64,000 nucleotides of DNA from Andalucia godoyi And28 (lineage: Eukaryota > Protista > Jakobida): the NCBI GenBank assembly GCA_009859145.1, contig VRVR01000055.1, positions 17,534 to 81,533 on the forward strand. The letters are read 5' to 3'. Every line of letters starts with the position of its first letter. The stretch's first letter is position 1. The notes beneath the pieces are model-generated. The model saw only the letters and a list, made by a program, of their open reading frames with translations. It was not told the origin of the DNA and ran no database searches. Positions 20,725 to 30,278 of the stretch are shown in pieces. Position numbers and translations under genes: made by a program.

Positions 20725-23700
20725 ATGAACGGCTCTGGTAGGCAGGCCACGAACTCCCGTGTTGACTTCCGAGTGCTAAAGTTTCCCCCTGTCGCTGTTC
20801 GCGTTTGCGGTACTTCTATTTCCGAGGGCGATGGGCTCGTTGGTCCGTTGCGGTCGCTGTCAGTCGATAGTTCTTCCACTTCGGAAACGTGTCGTCAATC
20901 AGTTCGAAAAGACGATGCACATCCAGATGTGGATTCCGATTGGATGTTAGTCGATGTGACAGATGATGAGTGGAAACTGCAATGGAAATCCAATTTTGTC
21001 GAAGGAGGTCGATCGCTTTCCAGGTTTGCCCAGAAAATTGCGAAGAAGCTCACAGAGGATGAAGAGCTGTTTTGCGTAACTGTTGTGGGTTCTCCTCAAA
21101 TGAACACATTTGTCTGTGACAAGGCCCGCTCTTTGGATAGGGCTCAGACATGTATCCAAGAATCCTTGGAAGCTGTTCTGACAGTCGTTTTGTTGATTGC
21201 TGATCCAAACGATCGTGTGTCTGATTTGATACTTGACGAGACATATGCCGATGTTTCGAAGCACGTTCCTTCTTCGGTACCTGGTAATCCTGCAGATTAC
21301 CGTGCTGGATGGTCATCGTACATCCATAACCACTCGATTGTAATTGACACTCCGTCCGGGAAGTCAATGTCAGCGACCGACAACCGCCCCGTCCTTGTTT
21401 CCGCAAGTATTTTGGACGTTCAATGTTTGAGTGACACTGCCGGATCATCTGCGAGATGTTCTTGGGAATGGGAAAATGTTGGTGAATCTCGTGTGGATTC
21501 TTTATCATTCTCGCGTTCTACCTCCACAGACAGTGATGTCATTGATGAACTGTTTGCAACTGTTCATTGTGGGTTGCCAGGATTGTTCGGAACTCATTCG
21601 GAACGATTTCCTACGGGATTGTCATTCTTTTTTGGAGGATCTTGTGACACTTCAAGCGACCAGCAGAAAGCGATGGGTCTGCGTTTCAGTGGCGATGGTT
21701 GTTCGTTTGAGGTGGGATCTTTTATGATCATAACCTCTTCATCTTTGAATCGTGTTGTGAATCTGCACAATGGTTTTTCCGTGACTGTTGACTGGAATCA
21801 TCCACCAGGCTCGAAAGGCACGTTTCTGTCATCGACGGAAGCAACAGTGCAAAACTTGCTGCAGACATTACCGGTTGTTGAAGAAATTCGAAAGCACTCT
21901 TCAAAATTCACCCCTGTCTCTGGATTGAACATTAAGATGAGCGGTTATCAGGTTTTCGCTTCTGGACTTGTACAGCTACGATTCAGATTTGGTGATGCAC
22001 TGCTGCTCATTTTGTCGGTAGGACAAGCTGACACCGTGGTTCGATCCGTCATGCTTGAACTTCGACAAAAGATGCAGTCGTCGGATAAAGCCGGCAGTTA
22101 CCGCACCGTGCATGTCCTGGGCTGTCGTTCAATTCAATGGTCTTCGCAGCATGGTTTATTCATTCTTCCTCCGAAGAGCAATGGCCTGGAACATTCCACG
22201 GTTTCTTTCTCGTGTTCTTCTGTTCCACTCCAGAATCCATTCTTCCCGACAGATTCTTATGGCAGACTGTGTGTGGGTGCACACACCGAACCCGGTGACA
22301 ATTTATCCGCTGTATTGGATGGCTTCTGTGATTTTGCAAATGATGACAGCGGAGGTTTGGTTTCCTTTATCTCCCCCAATGGTGACCAGCTGATGAGCTA
22401 CAAGGGCAAATTACAGAATGGAAAAGTGCTAGACCATTCACAGGTGCTATGTACGAATTATCAAAATGGTCGACTGTTTTCTGGCGTCTTTGTCAACGAG
22501 GTTCCACACGGGATAGTGGAAATGCGAGACTTGACGAATCTTTCGTCTGATGGCTTGCGATTCGAGAATGGCAGAGATTGCGGTTCTGTGCCTCTTAGAG
22601 ACCAGTTTCACAGTTTCCTGGAGAACATTAAGCAAAAGTTTAGTACCGACCCGCACATCCATCATTTGGACAAGCCGTCTTTTGTTCTTCGCAATGGCGA
22701 AGCATTCTGCGTCTTTTCGCACGAGTGTCGTGTTTCTTCAACTGCTTCAAATATTTTCCGTGGTTGGACGCTTTCAGATGGAGTCGTTGCTGTCAAAATT
22801 TTTTCTGAAGCGCAGGGTCATAAGGATGCGACTGTGAATGGGCGCCTCCCCATCAGTTCAGACCCTGATAGTGGTATCGTTCGGTACATCCACACAGATT
22901 GCGTGCGGTCCTCTGAATGTTCTTTGCGTTCATCGGACGGGAAGCCTGCCTCTGCACTTGTTCTTGAATTGTGTGAGCCAGGTGATGCCGAGACTCACAT
23001 TGTAGCATTGCAGAACGAGATTTCTTCCGAAAAGTTCTTGTCGCATATTTTCGGACTTCTTCGAGGGTTGCATGGCATCCACAACTTGAGTATCGTCCAC
23101 CGAGACATCAAGCCGTCTAATGTTTTGTTTTCATCAGGACCTCTTGCTCGTCTTCGACTAGCCGATTTTGGTATTTCTGCCTTTTTACCGAGTGGCAAGA
23201 CAAGCAGGCTGCAAACAGCCCTCGATGGTGTCGGTACTGCTGGATGGTGTGCTCCTGAACAAGTATCCGATACGCTGCTCCACACAACACGGACGGATGT
23301 ATTCAGTTTTGGATGGACAATGCTCTTTCTGTGCATTGATCATGAACGTTGTTCAAAGTATCCCCGTCTCTGCAAGAACAGTTCTTTTTTGGCTCTGTCT
23401 CCATCCGATCGAATGGAGTTATTCCGAACTTCGCAGGGTCTTGAGGCATACCGAAAGGCTTTATCCGACGATATTGAAGGAATCAAGGCTGGTCGGATAC
23501 CTCTTCACATGGAGTCTGCACATGCTCAAAGCACCATGCAATACTTCTTCGCAGATCTCTTCAGTAGAATGGTGGATGTTGATCCCAAGAAACGGGATAC
23601 TTCAGCGTCATTGTTGCGACATCCTCTGTTCTGGTCTTGTACTGAAAGTTTGAATTTGGTGAAAGATGTTGTTGACGTCGTGCATGATTTGGCAATTACC

Positions 23701-24159
23701 CAACCACGCGCTCCCACGGGTTCAGAAGTCTTGGATGTGCTTTTGCAAAGGAGTTCCGCCGGCAAGAATTCCATTCTATCCTCTTCCTCCTTTGATGCCT
23801 GGGGTCCAAATTCCAATATGCTTATTCGTGGACAGTTGATAGATTCTGTTTTTGATGTTAGAGCCAAGAAGTTGCCGTCCACAGCCAACCTGACGATGTA
23901 TGCGGTCATGAAATTCTACAGAAACATTCTCACCCATTCAGATGCTTCGTCGGCGCTCTTCCTCCTCGGAACAAACAATGACTCTTTTCTGACGTACCGT
24001 TTGCTGTCTGCCGCGAAGAATGGATTGTTGTTTCATGACATTTGGAAGATATGTTTAGAAGCTTTCCGCAGAACATCGAAAAAGGATCGTACATCTCTGT
24101 CCAGAGAAGATGTTAACTCTCTGTGTATCTTAGAAAAATGCTTTGGAACACTAATGTAG
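20725..24159 (+). CDS. soluble IRE1/RNase L-family kinase + KEN (HEPN) ribonuclease with MORN-like repeats (1144 aa)
   Basis: Kinase motifs VAVK, IVRY, LELC, IVHRDIKPSN, DFG, GTAGWCAPE; kinase-KEN junction LLRHPLFWS (~23611-23637); RNase motif KFYRNILTHSD (23911-23943); MORN-like YKGKLQNG / FSGVFVNEVPHG (~22390-22530). No signal peptide or TM segment. Confidence 0.85.
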   Translation: MNGSGRQATNSRVDFRVLKFPPVAVRVCGTSISEGDGLVGPLRSLSVDSSSTSETCRQSVRKDDAHPDVDSDWMLVDVTDDEWKLQWKSNFVEGGRSLSRFAQKIAKKLTEDEELFCVTVVGSPQMNTFVCDKARSLDRAQTCIQESLEAVLTVVLLIADPNDRVSDLILDETYADVSKHVPSSVPGNPADYRAGWSSYIHNHSIVIDTPSGKSMSATDNRPVLVSASILDVQCLSDTAGSSARCSWEWENVGESRVDSLSFSRSTSTDSDVIDELFATVHCGLPGLFGTHSERFPTGLSFFFGGSCDTSSDQQKAMGLRFSGDGCSFEVGSFMIITSSSLNRVVNLHNGFSVTVDWNHPPGSKGTFLSSTEATVQNLLQTLPVVEEIRKHSSKFTPVSGLNIKMSGYQVFASGLVQLRFRFGDALLLILSVGQADTVVRSVMLELRQKMQSSDKAGSYRTVHVLGCRSIQWSSQHGLFILPPKSNGLEHSTVSFSCSSVPLQNPFFPTDSYGRLCVGAHTEPGDNLSAVLDGFCDFANDDSGGLVSFISPNGDQLMSYKGKLQNGKVLDHSQVLCTNYQNGRLFSGVFVNEVPHGIVEMRDLTNLSSDGLRFENGRDCGSVPLRDQFHSFLENIKQKFSTDPHIHHLDKPSFVLRNGEAFCVFSHECRVSSTASNIFRGWTLSDGVVAVKIFSEAQGHKDATVNGRLPISSDPDSGIVRYIHTDCVRSSECSLRSSDGKPASALVLELCEPGDAETHIVALQNEISSEKFLSHIFGLLRGLHGIHNLSIVHRDIKPSNVLFSSGPLARLRLADFGISAFLPSGKTSRLQTALDGVGTAGWCAPEQVSDTLLHTTRTDVFSFGWTMLFLCIDHERCSKYPRLCKNSSFLALSPSDRMELFRTSQGLEAYRKALSDDIEGIKAGRIPLHMESAHAQSTMQYFFADLFSRMVDVDPKKRDTSASLLRHPLFWSCTESLNLVKDVVDVVHDLAITQPRAPTGSEVLDVLLQRSSAGKNSILSSSSFDAWGPNSNMLIRGQLIDSVFDVRAKKLPSTANLTMYAVMKFYRNILTHSDASSALFLLGTNNDSFLTYRLLSAAKNGLLFHDIWKICLEAFRRTSKKDRTSLSREDVNSLCILEKCFGTLM

Positions 24160-24539
24160 GTCTCTGAATATTGTCAAATGAATGGCCATGTTTCCCTTTT
24201 CGAAGCGGACTTTTGACCATGATTCAAGCCTTTCCGACTGCGGGTGTCAGTGGACGATTGTGTCAATGAATTGTCCATGCGTATCCAGAAGTACAGTGTT
24301 GTTGTCGATCCTCATAAATAATATTTACCTTTTTTTCTGCGCATGATCTCTCGCTCAAAAACCACATCGACACAAGCAAAAGAAGAAAACAAGCAAATTG
24401 GAACGCAAAGTAAGTGACTTGCAAATGCTTGCCAGTGATCCATACTGTCTTCAATGCTACATCAGGCGTGCACCAACCCCATCCTTGTCGTTTGGGCTGT
24501 TCTGAAGAGCAGCACATGACCAACAATCAAGAATTCAAG

Positions 24540-24805
24540 ATGTTCCTCTCGCTTCGACTTTCGAGCATCTGGCGCAGTTTTCGCTGTACGATGCAGTGAA
24601 CTGTTCCGACGCATCGAACATCCCACCGTGCAGTCGCAAAGTTTGCTATGGAAATGGCGTGTTCCAGGTGATCGACGCACTTCTCGACATGTCCTGCGTA
24701 TGCTATGCCTTCGATGCCAAGGGATGCTGGGCAGGAGAGTACTGCGAGCTGGCTGCGACCCCGCGTCCAACTGCAGACAGTGTGTCCGGTGTGAAGACTG
24801 GGTAA
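24540..24805 (+). pseudogene. EGF-like Cys-rich exon or gene relic
   Basis: CSRKVCYGNG...SCVC...GCWAGEYCE has EGF-like Cys spacing, with GTAAG donor-like sites at ~24410 and ~24802. I could not build a complete gene model. Confidence 0.35.
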
Positions 24806-25934
24806 GCATCAAGGGTGTAGTCCAGCAGCTGGTTGACTCTGTACAGATGCCTTCGTCGAACGCTTGAGCGGCAACCACCGGAGAATCCAAGCAACTGGGC
24901 GCAGTCCGCTCCAAGTTCTGCATCTTGTCGGCATCCCGCATGGCCGCGTACCAAGGTTCCGGATTCGACTTCACCTGTCGACTGACTACAGTCCACTGCC
25001 AGTGGACCTTGCAATCCTCGAGCAGCGGCTCTAATCTGACGATTGTCTGCGAGTCTCTTTGCTGGATCCTGCCGTAGTTCTAGCACAATTTGTCCGAAAT
25101 GCTGTTGGCGGGGGTGTCTGCTTTCGTTGACTTCATGTCATTGAAGAAGGTGAAGGGAAACCCCGTTCCCCATTTCATTCACTTCAGCATCATTCCAAAT
25201 GCGTATCCGAGGCATTATAGCTGATTTCATCAGCCCTTTTCTGTTGTGATCGTTTGATGGGAGCGAGAGATCGTCCCGTTGGGATGGGTTCATCGTAAAA
25301 TCCATTATTCAATGGAGATTCGTCCGCAAGGAGCTTGTAAATGTTGTCAACATTTCATCCATGATGCAATGAAGGCAACAGAGGGCCTTTGTTGCGTTCT
25401 GATGTCTGACGACCATGCATCCATATTGAGAAGTTTTATTGCTGCAAGTTTGTTCTTGGATTTGTCACTGTGAACATCACGCTAAACAAGAAGCTAGCCA
25501 TCCGATTGTTAGTGCGAATTTGAATTATGATGCCGGAGGTCGTGAACTTCGACGAAACGGGGGTTCAGGGAGACCAAGAATCGAAGATCCGCTTTCTGGC
25601 GCCCTCGAAGGACTAGGAGGAGCGTCCACCGAAAGGTCATTCCTCAACGCAAACACGCCACTATGATCAACTCTCTATCAGCAGGAAGAGCAAAGACGCC
25701 AACAGGAAAAGGCGAAAAGCGAGAGGACAGCAAAGTGAATGAAGACGAGCGTTGCAACTGATGTCCGAAGCTCCATTCCTGGCATCCAGCAAACTTAAGA
25801 ATGACCGGTAAGGTTAAGTATGGTTACAATAAGCGAAGATGCACACAAATGGGTTCTTTAATCATGACTGAGCGAAACGTGCTCAGACCTGGAGAACACA
25901 CGTTCGTGGAATACTTGGAAGATCTTCAAAATGC

Positions 25935-27998
25935 TCAAACCGGGTTGTTTTGATCACCAGCAGTTTCAAAGAACTCTCGCACGCGTCTAACCAGCCGATC
26001 ACTCGCGCTGCTCCGGTTCTCCAGCTCAAACAGACTGGGGAACTCGTGATGCAGTCGTTGCAAAAAGGAACGCAGAGGTCGCCGCTCCTCCGTGTCCAGC
26101 GCAGGAATCGGAAGAGAAGGATTCAGCACATCGTTCAAAATGCCTGATCGAATTTCAAACAGTTCATCTTTGTTGTGCAGCCGAGTATGTGATTCTAGAG
26201 TTGATTCCTTCAAATAGATGGCCACCGGCGGCAGCCACGAGAGAATATCACCGATTGCCAGGTACACCGTCGTGAGCACAGCTTGCTGCAGACACACTTG
26301 GAGCCGTTGTCCATCGGACAGAACTACCAACGACGCCACTGCATCCAGCCAATCGGGAGAGAAGGCCGCGTGGTAGTGAAACTCTTTTTTGTCACGCTTC
26401 TGGATAAAGGACGCACCGCCCCAGTCAATCAAGCATATGGGAAACTGAAAGTCGCTTTGCATCTCCTCTAACAGCACCACATTTTGCGGACAAATGTCCA
26501 TGTGGTAGATGCCACGGTCATCGCACTGCAAGACAATGCTCATCAATTGTTGAAGAAGTTCCGTGCAAAAAGCGAGGGAGCGGTTCGGATAGCACGATGC
26601 AAGCGGCAACGGCACTCCTACAGGCGCAGTGCACAGAATAGCTCCTTGATCGGACTGTTCAGAATGCAAGAGAGTGGGGACCCAGAAGCGATGACGGCCC
26701 CAGTCGATTCTGGAAAGCTCCTGCAGTGCCCCAAGTTCGGTTGTCCACTCCGCGAGCCTCGATACCGGAAAACACTTCGCAACAATAGAGTTCGTCGCAT
26801 CAAGAGTCCCAGTTGCTAGTTCCACAGCATTCATCTTCCCGATGCCATGGACCGGGGCACGCTGCAGCATTCCAGTCAGCTCCAGTCTCGGTGAAACAGA
26901 GAGTGAGCGCACGATTCCAGAGGACAAGGCAGAAATAACTGGAGGCGGCGTGCCATTCCACCCACACAAGGCATGTGGATCGCTGGACAACAAGAAGCAA
27001 AGCCCCTTCATACCGTCCTCGTGAAGTGCAATGGGTTCAGTTTCCAGCAGTTCATAGTCCCATCCAAACTCGGAATCGAAAATGCGCAAGCACAGAAACA
27101 CAATAAATTTCCGGTTGCACGCAAAGCCCCAACACACACGTCGAGAAATACCGGATTCCTGAACAATGTGCGCAAACCGCTGATACACTTGCTGGGTAGC
27201 CTCGGAGAGCTTTGACTTTTTGGTACCGTCGAGTCGATCGGATCCTTTGAGTTCCCCGGCAATGCTTGCTCCCGAGTACATGGGACACCGAAGAGCGAGA
27301 CGACCGATGCAAAGCAGCAAATCCACCCTTTGGTTCTGTCCGTAGAGGCCACTCCGCGAGAAATCCACGAGATGCATGTCGCCGTGCTTGGAGAGGAATC
27401 GTGTGATGAACAACCGGAACTGGACTTGCAGGAGCGGCTCAGGACAAGAGTCCAAAGGAAGCGTTCCCACCGTCTCGTTCCACATTGCCTGGAAATCCTC
27501 CCAGAACGGGAGATTGGAAGAAATGGAGGGGAAAAGATCGTCAAACGAAGATCTCGTGGCATACAAATTGGTGGTGCCGCTGCGCGACGACGACCCCAAC
27601 GCCAGCAAATCCTGCGACAGCTTGGAGAGGAAATACTTGATATCGGATACCTTCGCCACCTCTTCGGCAGCAAGTCTTCCTTGATGCTCCGCCTCTTTCT
27701 CTTGTCTCTCACGATCAAGGGCTATTTGTGTCGACTCTTTCTCCTGTCTTTCTCTCTCTTTCTCAAGGCGTTCATGTTCAGCGGCTGCTTCAACAATTTC
27801 CTTCGCTTTCCTTTCATGTTCAGCGACTGCTTCAGCAATTTCCTTCGCCTTCCTTTCATGTTCAGCGGATGCTTCAGCAATTTCCTTCGCCTTCAAAGCG
27901 TGTTCAGCGACTGCTTCAGCAGCCTCCTTTGCCTGCTTCAACTGCTCGAATTGCTTCAGCAGCTCCTGAATCTTGTCATTTGGATCGGACGAACTCAT
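25935..27998 (-). CDS. Crinkler/RHS-type (CR) effector: coiled-coil header + PD-(D/E)xK nuclease + atypical kinase, copy 1 (687 aa)
   Basis: EK-rich header; nuclease VDLL...GELK...QVYQR; kinase VAK, TELGAL, HMDICPQN, DWG. Confidence 0.8.
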   Translation of the reverse strand: MSSSDPNDKIQELLKQFEQLKQAKEAAEAVAEHALKAKEIAEASAEHERKAKEIAEAVAEHERKAKEIVEAAAEHERLEKERERQEKESTQIALDRERQEKEAEHQGRLAAEEVAKVSDIKYFLSKLSQDLLALGSSSRSGTTNLYATRSSFDDLFPSISSNLPFWEDFQAMWNETVGTLPLDSCPEPLLQVQFRLFITRFLSKHGDMHLVDFSRSGLYGQNQRVDLLLCIGRLALRCPMYSGASIAGELKGSDRLDGTKKSKLSEATQQVYQRFAHIVQESGISRRVCWGFACNRKFIVFLCLRIFDSEFGWDYELLETEPIALHEDGMKGLCFLLSSDPHALCGWNGTPPPVISALSSGIVRSLSVSPRLELTGMLQRAPVHGIGKMNAVELATGTLDATNSIVAKCFPVSRLAEWTTELGALQELSRIDWGRHRFWVPTLLHSEQSDQGAILCTAPVGVPLPLASCYPNRSLAFCTELLQQLMSIVLQCDDRGIYHMDICPQNVVLLEEMQSDFQFPICLIDWGGASFIQKRDKKEFHYHAAFSPDWLDAVASLVVLSDGQRLQVCLQQAVLTTVYLAIGDILSWLPPVAIYLKESTLESHTRLHNKDELFEIRSGILNDVLNPSLPIPALDTEERRPLRSFLQRLHHEFPSLFELENRSSASDRLVRRVREFFETAGDQNNPV
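27771..27935 (-). repeat. 42-bp (14-aa) tandem repeat, ~4 units, in the CR copy 1 header
   Basis: ttcatgttcagc recurs at 27771, 27813 and 27855, degenerate at ~27897; it encodes (AEAVAEHERKAKEI)n. Confidence 0.9.
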
Positions 27999-28200
27999 GG
28001 GTCAATACAGAAGTGAAGTGAAATGAAAATAAAAATAAAATAAAGAATGTGAATACACATAGAAAGAAAGAAAGAAAGAAGAGGAAGAGAAGGGGAGAAA
28101 ATGTAAACGGGAAAAAACAGCTCAAGCGCAGGGTTTTTCTGACTGCTCAAATGGTACGAGTACCGAAATATCTATACTCGTGGTGGTGAATAGCTATTCA
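27999..28200 (-). promoter_or_regulatory. conserved ~200-bp upstream cassette shared by CR copies 1 and 5
   Basis: Reverse complement aligns with 36993-37185 (ttcaccac.acgagt...atatttcggta.tc.ta.catttgagcagtcagaaaaaccc.gcg...ttctttctatgtgtattcacattctttatttt...tgtattgacc.atg). Confidence 0.75.
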
Positions 28201-28219
28201 CTGATTCGAATCAGTGAAT
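28186..28219. repeat. two overlapping perfect palindromes (16 bp and 24 bp)
   Basis: gtgaatagctattcac (28186-28201) and attcactgattcgaatcagtgaat (28196-28219), between head-to-head CR copies 1 and 2. Confidence 0.95.
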
Positions 28220-28376
28220 TCCAGTACTCATGGGAAAATCACGAGTTCGGGGATTTTCGATCTTACCAGATTTTTCTCCGAATTCCCTCCTTTCCCGTCT
28301 GAATTCTCTTTTTCCCGTTTCTTCTTCTTTCTTCTTTTTCTTATTCCAATTCCTTCTTTCATTCATCACCCCAGCC

Positions 28377-30278
28377 ATGAGTTCGTCCGGTTCAGATGAT
28401 GTGGTTCAGAAGCTGCTCAGGCAAATCGAGCAGTTAAATCGTGAAAATGAGAGAGAGCGGCAAGAAAAGGAAATCGCGCAGGCTGCCGTTGAACACGAGC
28501 GCCTGGAAAAAGAGAAGGAACGACAAGAGAAAGAAGCGGAACATCAAAAAAGACTTGTTGCCGAAGAACATGCGAAGAAATCAGATGTGCAACTCTTTCT
28601 CTCCAAATTGTCGCAGGATTTACTGGCTATTGCGTCATCGTCGCGCAGCTACACCACAAACTTGTCTGCCACAGACGCCTCGTTTGAAGATTTGTTTCCG
28701 TCTCTCAACGACTGTCCGAACTGGAACGATTTTCAGGCGCTTTGGCAAGCAACAGTGGAGAAGCTGCCTTCCGAGTCATGTCCCGAGCCACTGTTGCAGG
28801 AGCAATTCCGTGTGCTCATTACGCGATTCCTTTCGCAGCACGGCGACATGCACCTGGTGGATTTCTCGCGCAGTGGATTGTATGGATTGAACCAAAAGGT
28901 GGACTTGCTATTCTGCCGGGGCCGACAAGCCCAGCGCCTGCCCACGTACTTTGAATCGTGCCTCGTCGGCGAACTCAAAGCGTCCGGCCAGGTCGAGGAT
29001 GCCGACGATTCGAAACTTTCCGACGCCGTCCTGCAGGTGTACCAACGATTCGCACACATTGTTCAAGAATCGGGTGTTCGTCGGCGCGAATGCTGGGGGT
29101 TTGCGTGCAACCGCACGACAATCGTGTTTCTGTCGTTGCGCATTTCTGATTTAGAGTCTGAGTGGGACTACCAGTTGCTACAGACCCCGCCGATGGCGCT
29201 TAAAGATGACGGGTTGAAGGGACTATGCTTCTTGTTGTCCAGTGAATCGCATGCCTTGTGTGCGTGGAATGGCGCAGCGCCACCTGTTGTGTCCACCTTG
29301 TCTTCTGAAATTGTGAGTTCACTGTCCGTTTCACCGAGACTGGAATTGACCGGGATGCTGCAGCGTGCACCCGTTCATGGCATCGGCCAGATGGATGCCG
29401 TGGAACTGGCAACTGCGACTCTTGATGCGACGACCTCTGCTGTTGTCAAGTGCTTTCCGGCATCGAAGAAAGCAGAATGGACGACCGAACGTGGAGCACT
29501 GCAGGAACTCTCGAAAATTGACTGGAGTGATCACCGTTTCTGGGTGCCCACTCTTTTGCGTTCCGAACAGTCTGAGCGTGGCGCCATTCTGTGCACAGCT
29601 CCAGTAGGAGTGCCGTTGCCGCTTGCGTCGTGTTATCTGGGCCGTGCTCTCATTTTCTGTTCAGAACTTCTGCAGCAATTGATGAGCATTGTATTGCAAT
29701 GTCATGACCATGGCGTGCATCACATGGACATCTGTCCGCAGAATGTAGTGTTGCTGGAGGAGGTGCAAACTTCCTTTCTGTTTCCAGTATGTCTGATTGA
29801 CTGGGGTGGCGCATCGTTTATGCAAAAGCGTGACAAAAAAGATTTTCACTACCATGCCGCTTTCTCGCCGGATTGGTTGGACCCCATGCGTTCGCTGGCG
29901 AATCTGACGGATGGACAACGGCTCCAAGTGTGTTTGCAGCAGACTGTGCTCACAGTGTTGTACCTGGCAATTGGTGACGTCCTCTCGTGGCTGCCGCCGG
30001 TGGCCATTTTCCTGGATGAATCAACCCATCGAGAAAAGCATACTCGGATGCACAACAAATCCGCCTTGTTTCGAATCCGAGCGCGTATTCTGAACGATGT
30101 GCTGAACCCATCCCTTTCGATCCCTGCGCTGGACACGGATGATCGACGGCCTGTGCGTTCCTTTTTGCAAAGACTGCACCATGAGTTCCCGAGTCTATTT
30201 GAGTTGAAGAAACGAAGCAGCGCGAATGCTTTGCTCGTTGGACGCATTCCAGAGATTTGTGCGACGTTTCGAGGATGA
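28377..30278 (+). CDS. CR effector (coiled-coil + nuclease + kinase), copy 2 (633 aa)
   Basis: ATG at 28377 (MSSSGSDD) matches the paralog N-termini; VDLLFC...GELK...QVYQR, VVK, HMDICPQN and DWG are intact. Confidence 0.85.
   Translation: MSSSGSDDVVQKLLRQIEQLNRENERERQEKEIAQAAVEHERLEKEKERQEKEAEHQKRLVAEEHAKKSDVQLFLSKLSQDLLAIASSSRSYTTNLSATDASFEDLFPSLNDCPNWNDFQALWQATVEKLPSESCPEPLLQEQFRVLITRFLSQHGDMHLVDFSRSGLYGLNQKVDLLFCRGRQAQRLPTYFESCLVGELKASGQVEDADDSKLSDAVLQVYQRFAHIVQESGVRRRECWGFACNRTTIVFLSLRISDLESEWDYQLLQTPPMALKDDGLKGLCFLLSSESHALCAWNGAAPPVVSTLSSEIVSSLSVSPRLELTGMLQRAPVHGIGQMDAVELATATLDATTSAVVKCFPASKKAEWTTERGALQELSKIDWSDHRFWVPTLLRSEQSERGAILCTAPVGVPLPLASCYLGRALIFCSELLQQLMSIVLQCHDHGVHHMDICPQNVVLLEEVQTSFLFPVCLIDWGGASFMQKRDKKDFHYHAAFSPDWLDPMRSLANLTDGQRLQVCLQQTVLTVLYLAIGDVLSWLPPVAIFLDESTHREKHTRMHNKSALFRIRARILNDVLNPSLSIPALDTDDRRPVRSFLQRLHHEFPSLFELKKRSSANALLVGRIPEICATFRG

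Noticed and set aside
19680-21351. Possible shared N-terminal domain between the two divergent kinases (LYITDP...AGRKVSIHNPVL vs LLIADP...AGWSSYIHNHSI)
   Set aside because: Only two short matches, with very different spacing (~90 vs ~42 aa); needs profile-profile comparison.
20725-24159. Calling this gene IRE1 or RNASEL
   Set aside because: It lacks the luminal domain and TM of IRE1, and the ankyrins and pseudokinase of RNase L; family-level call only.
25500-25930. VVNFDETG motif suggestive of a pogo/DDE_1 transposase relic
   Set aside because: A single short motif among many stops, with no other DDE motifs.
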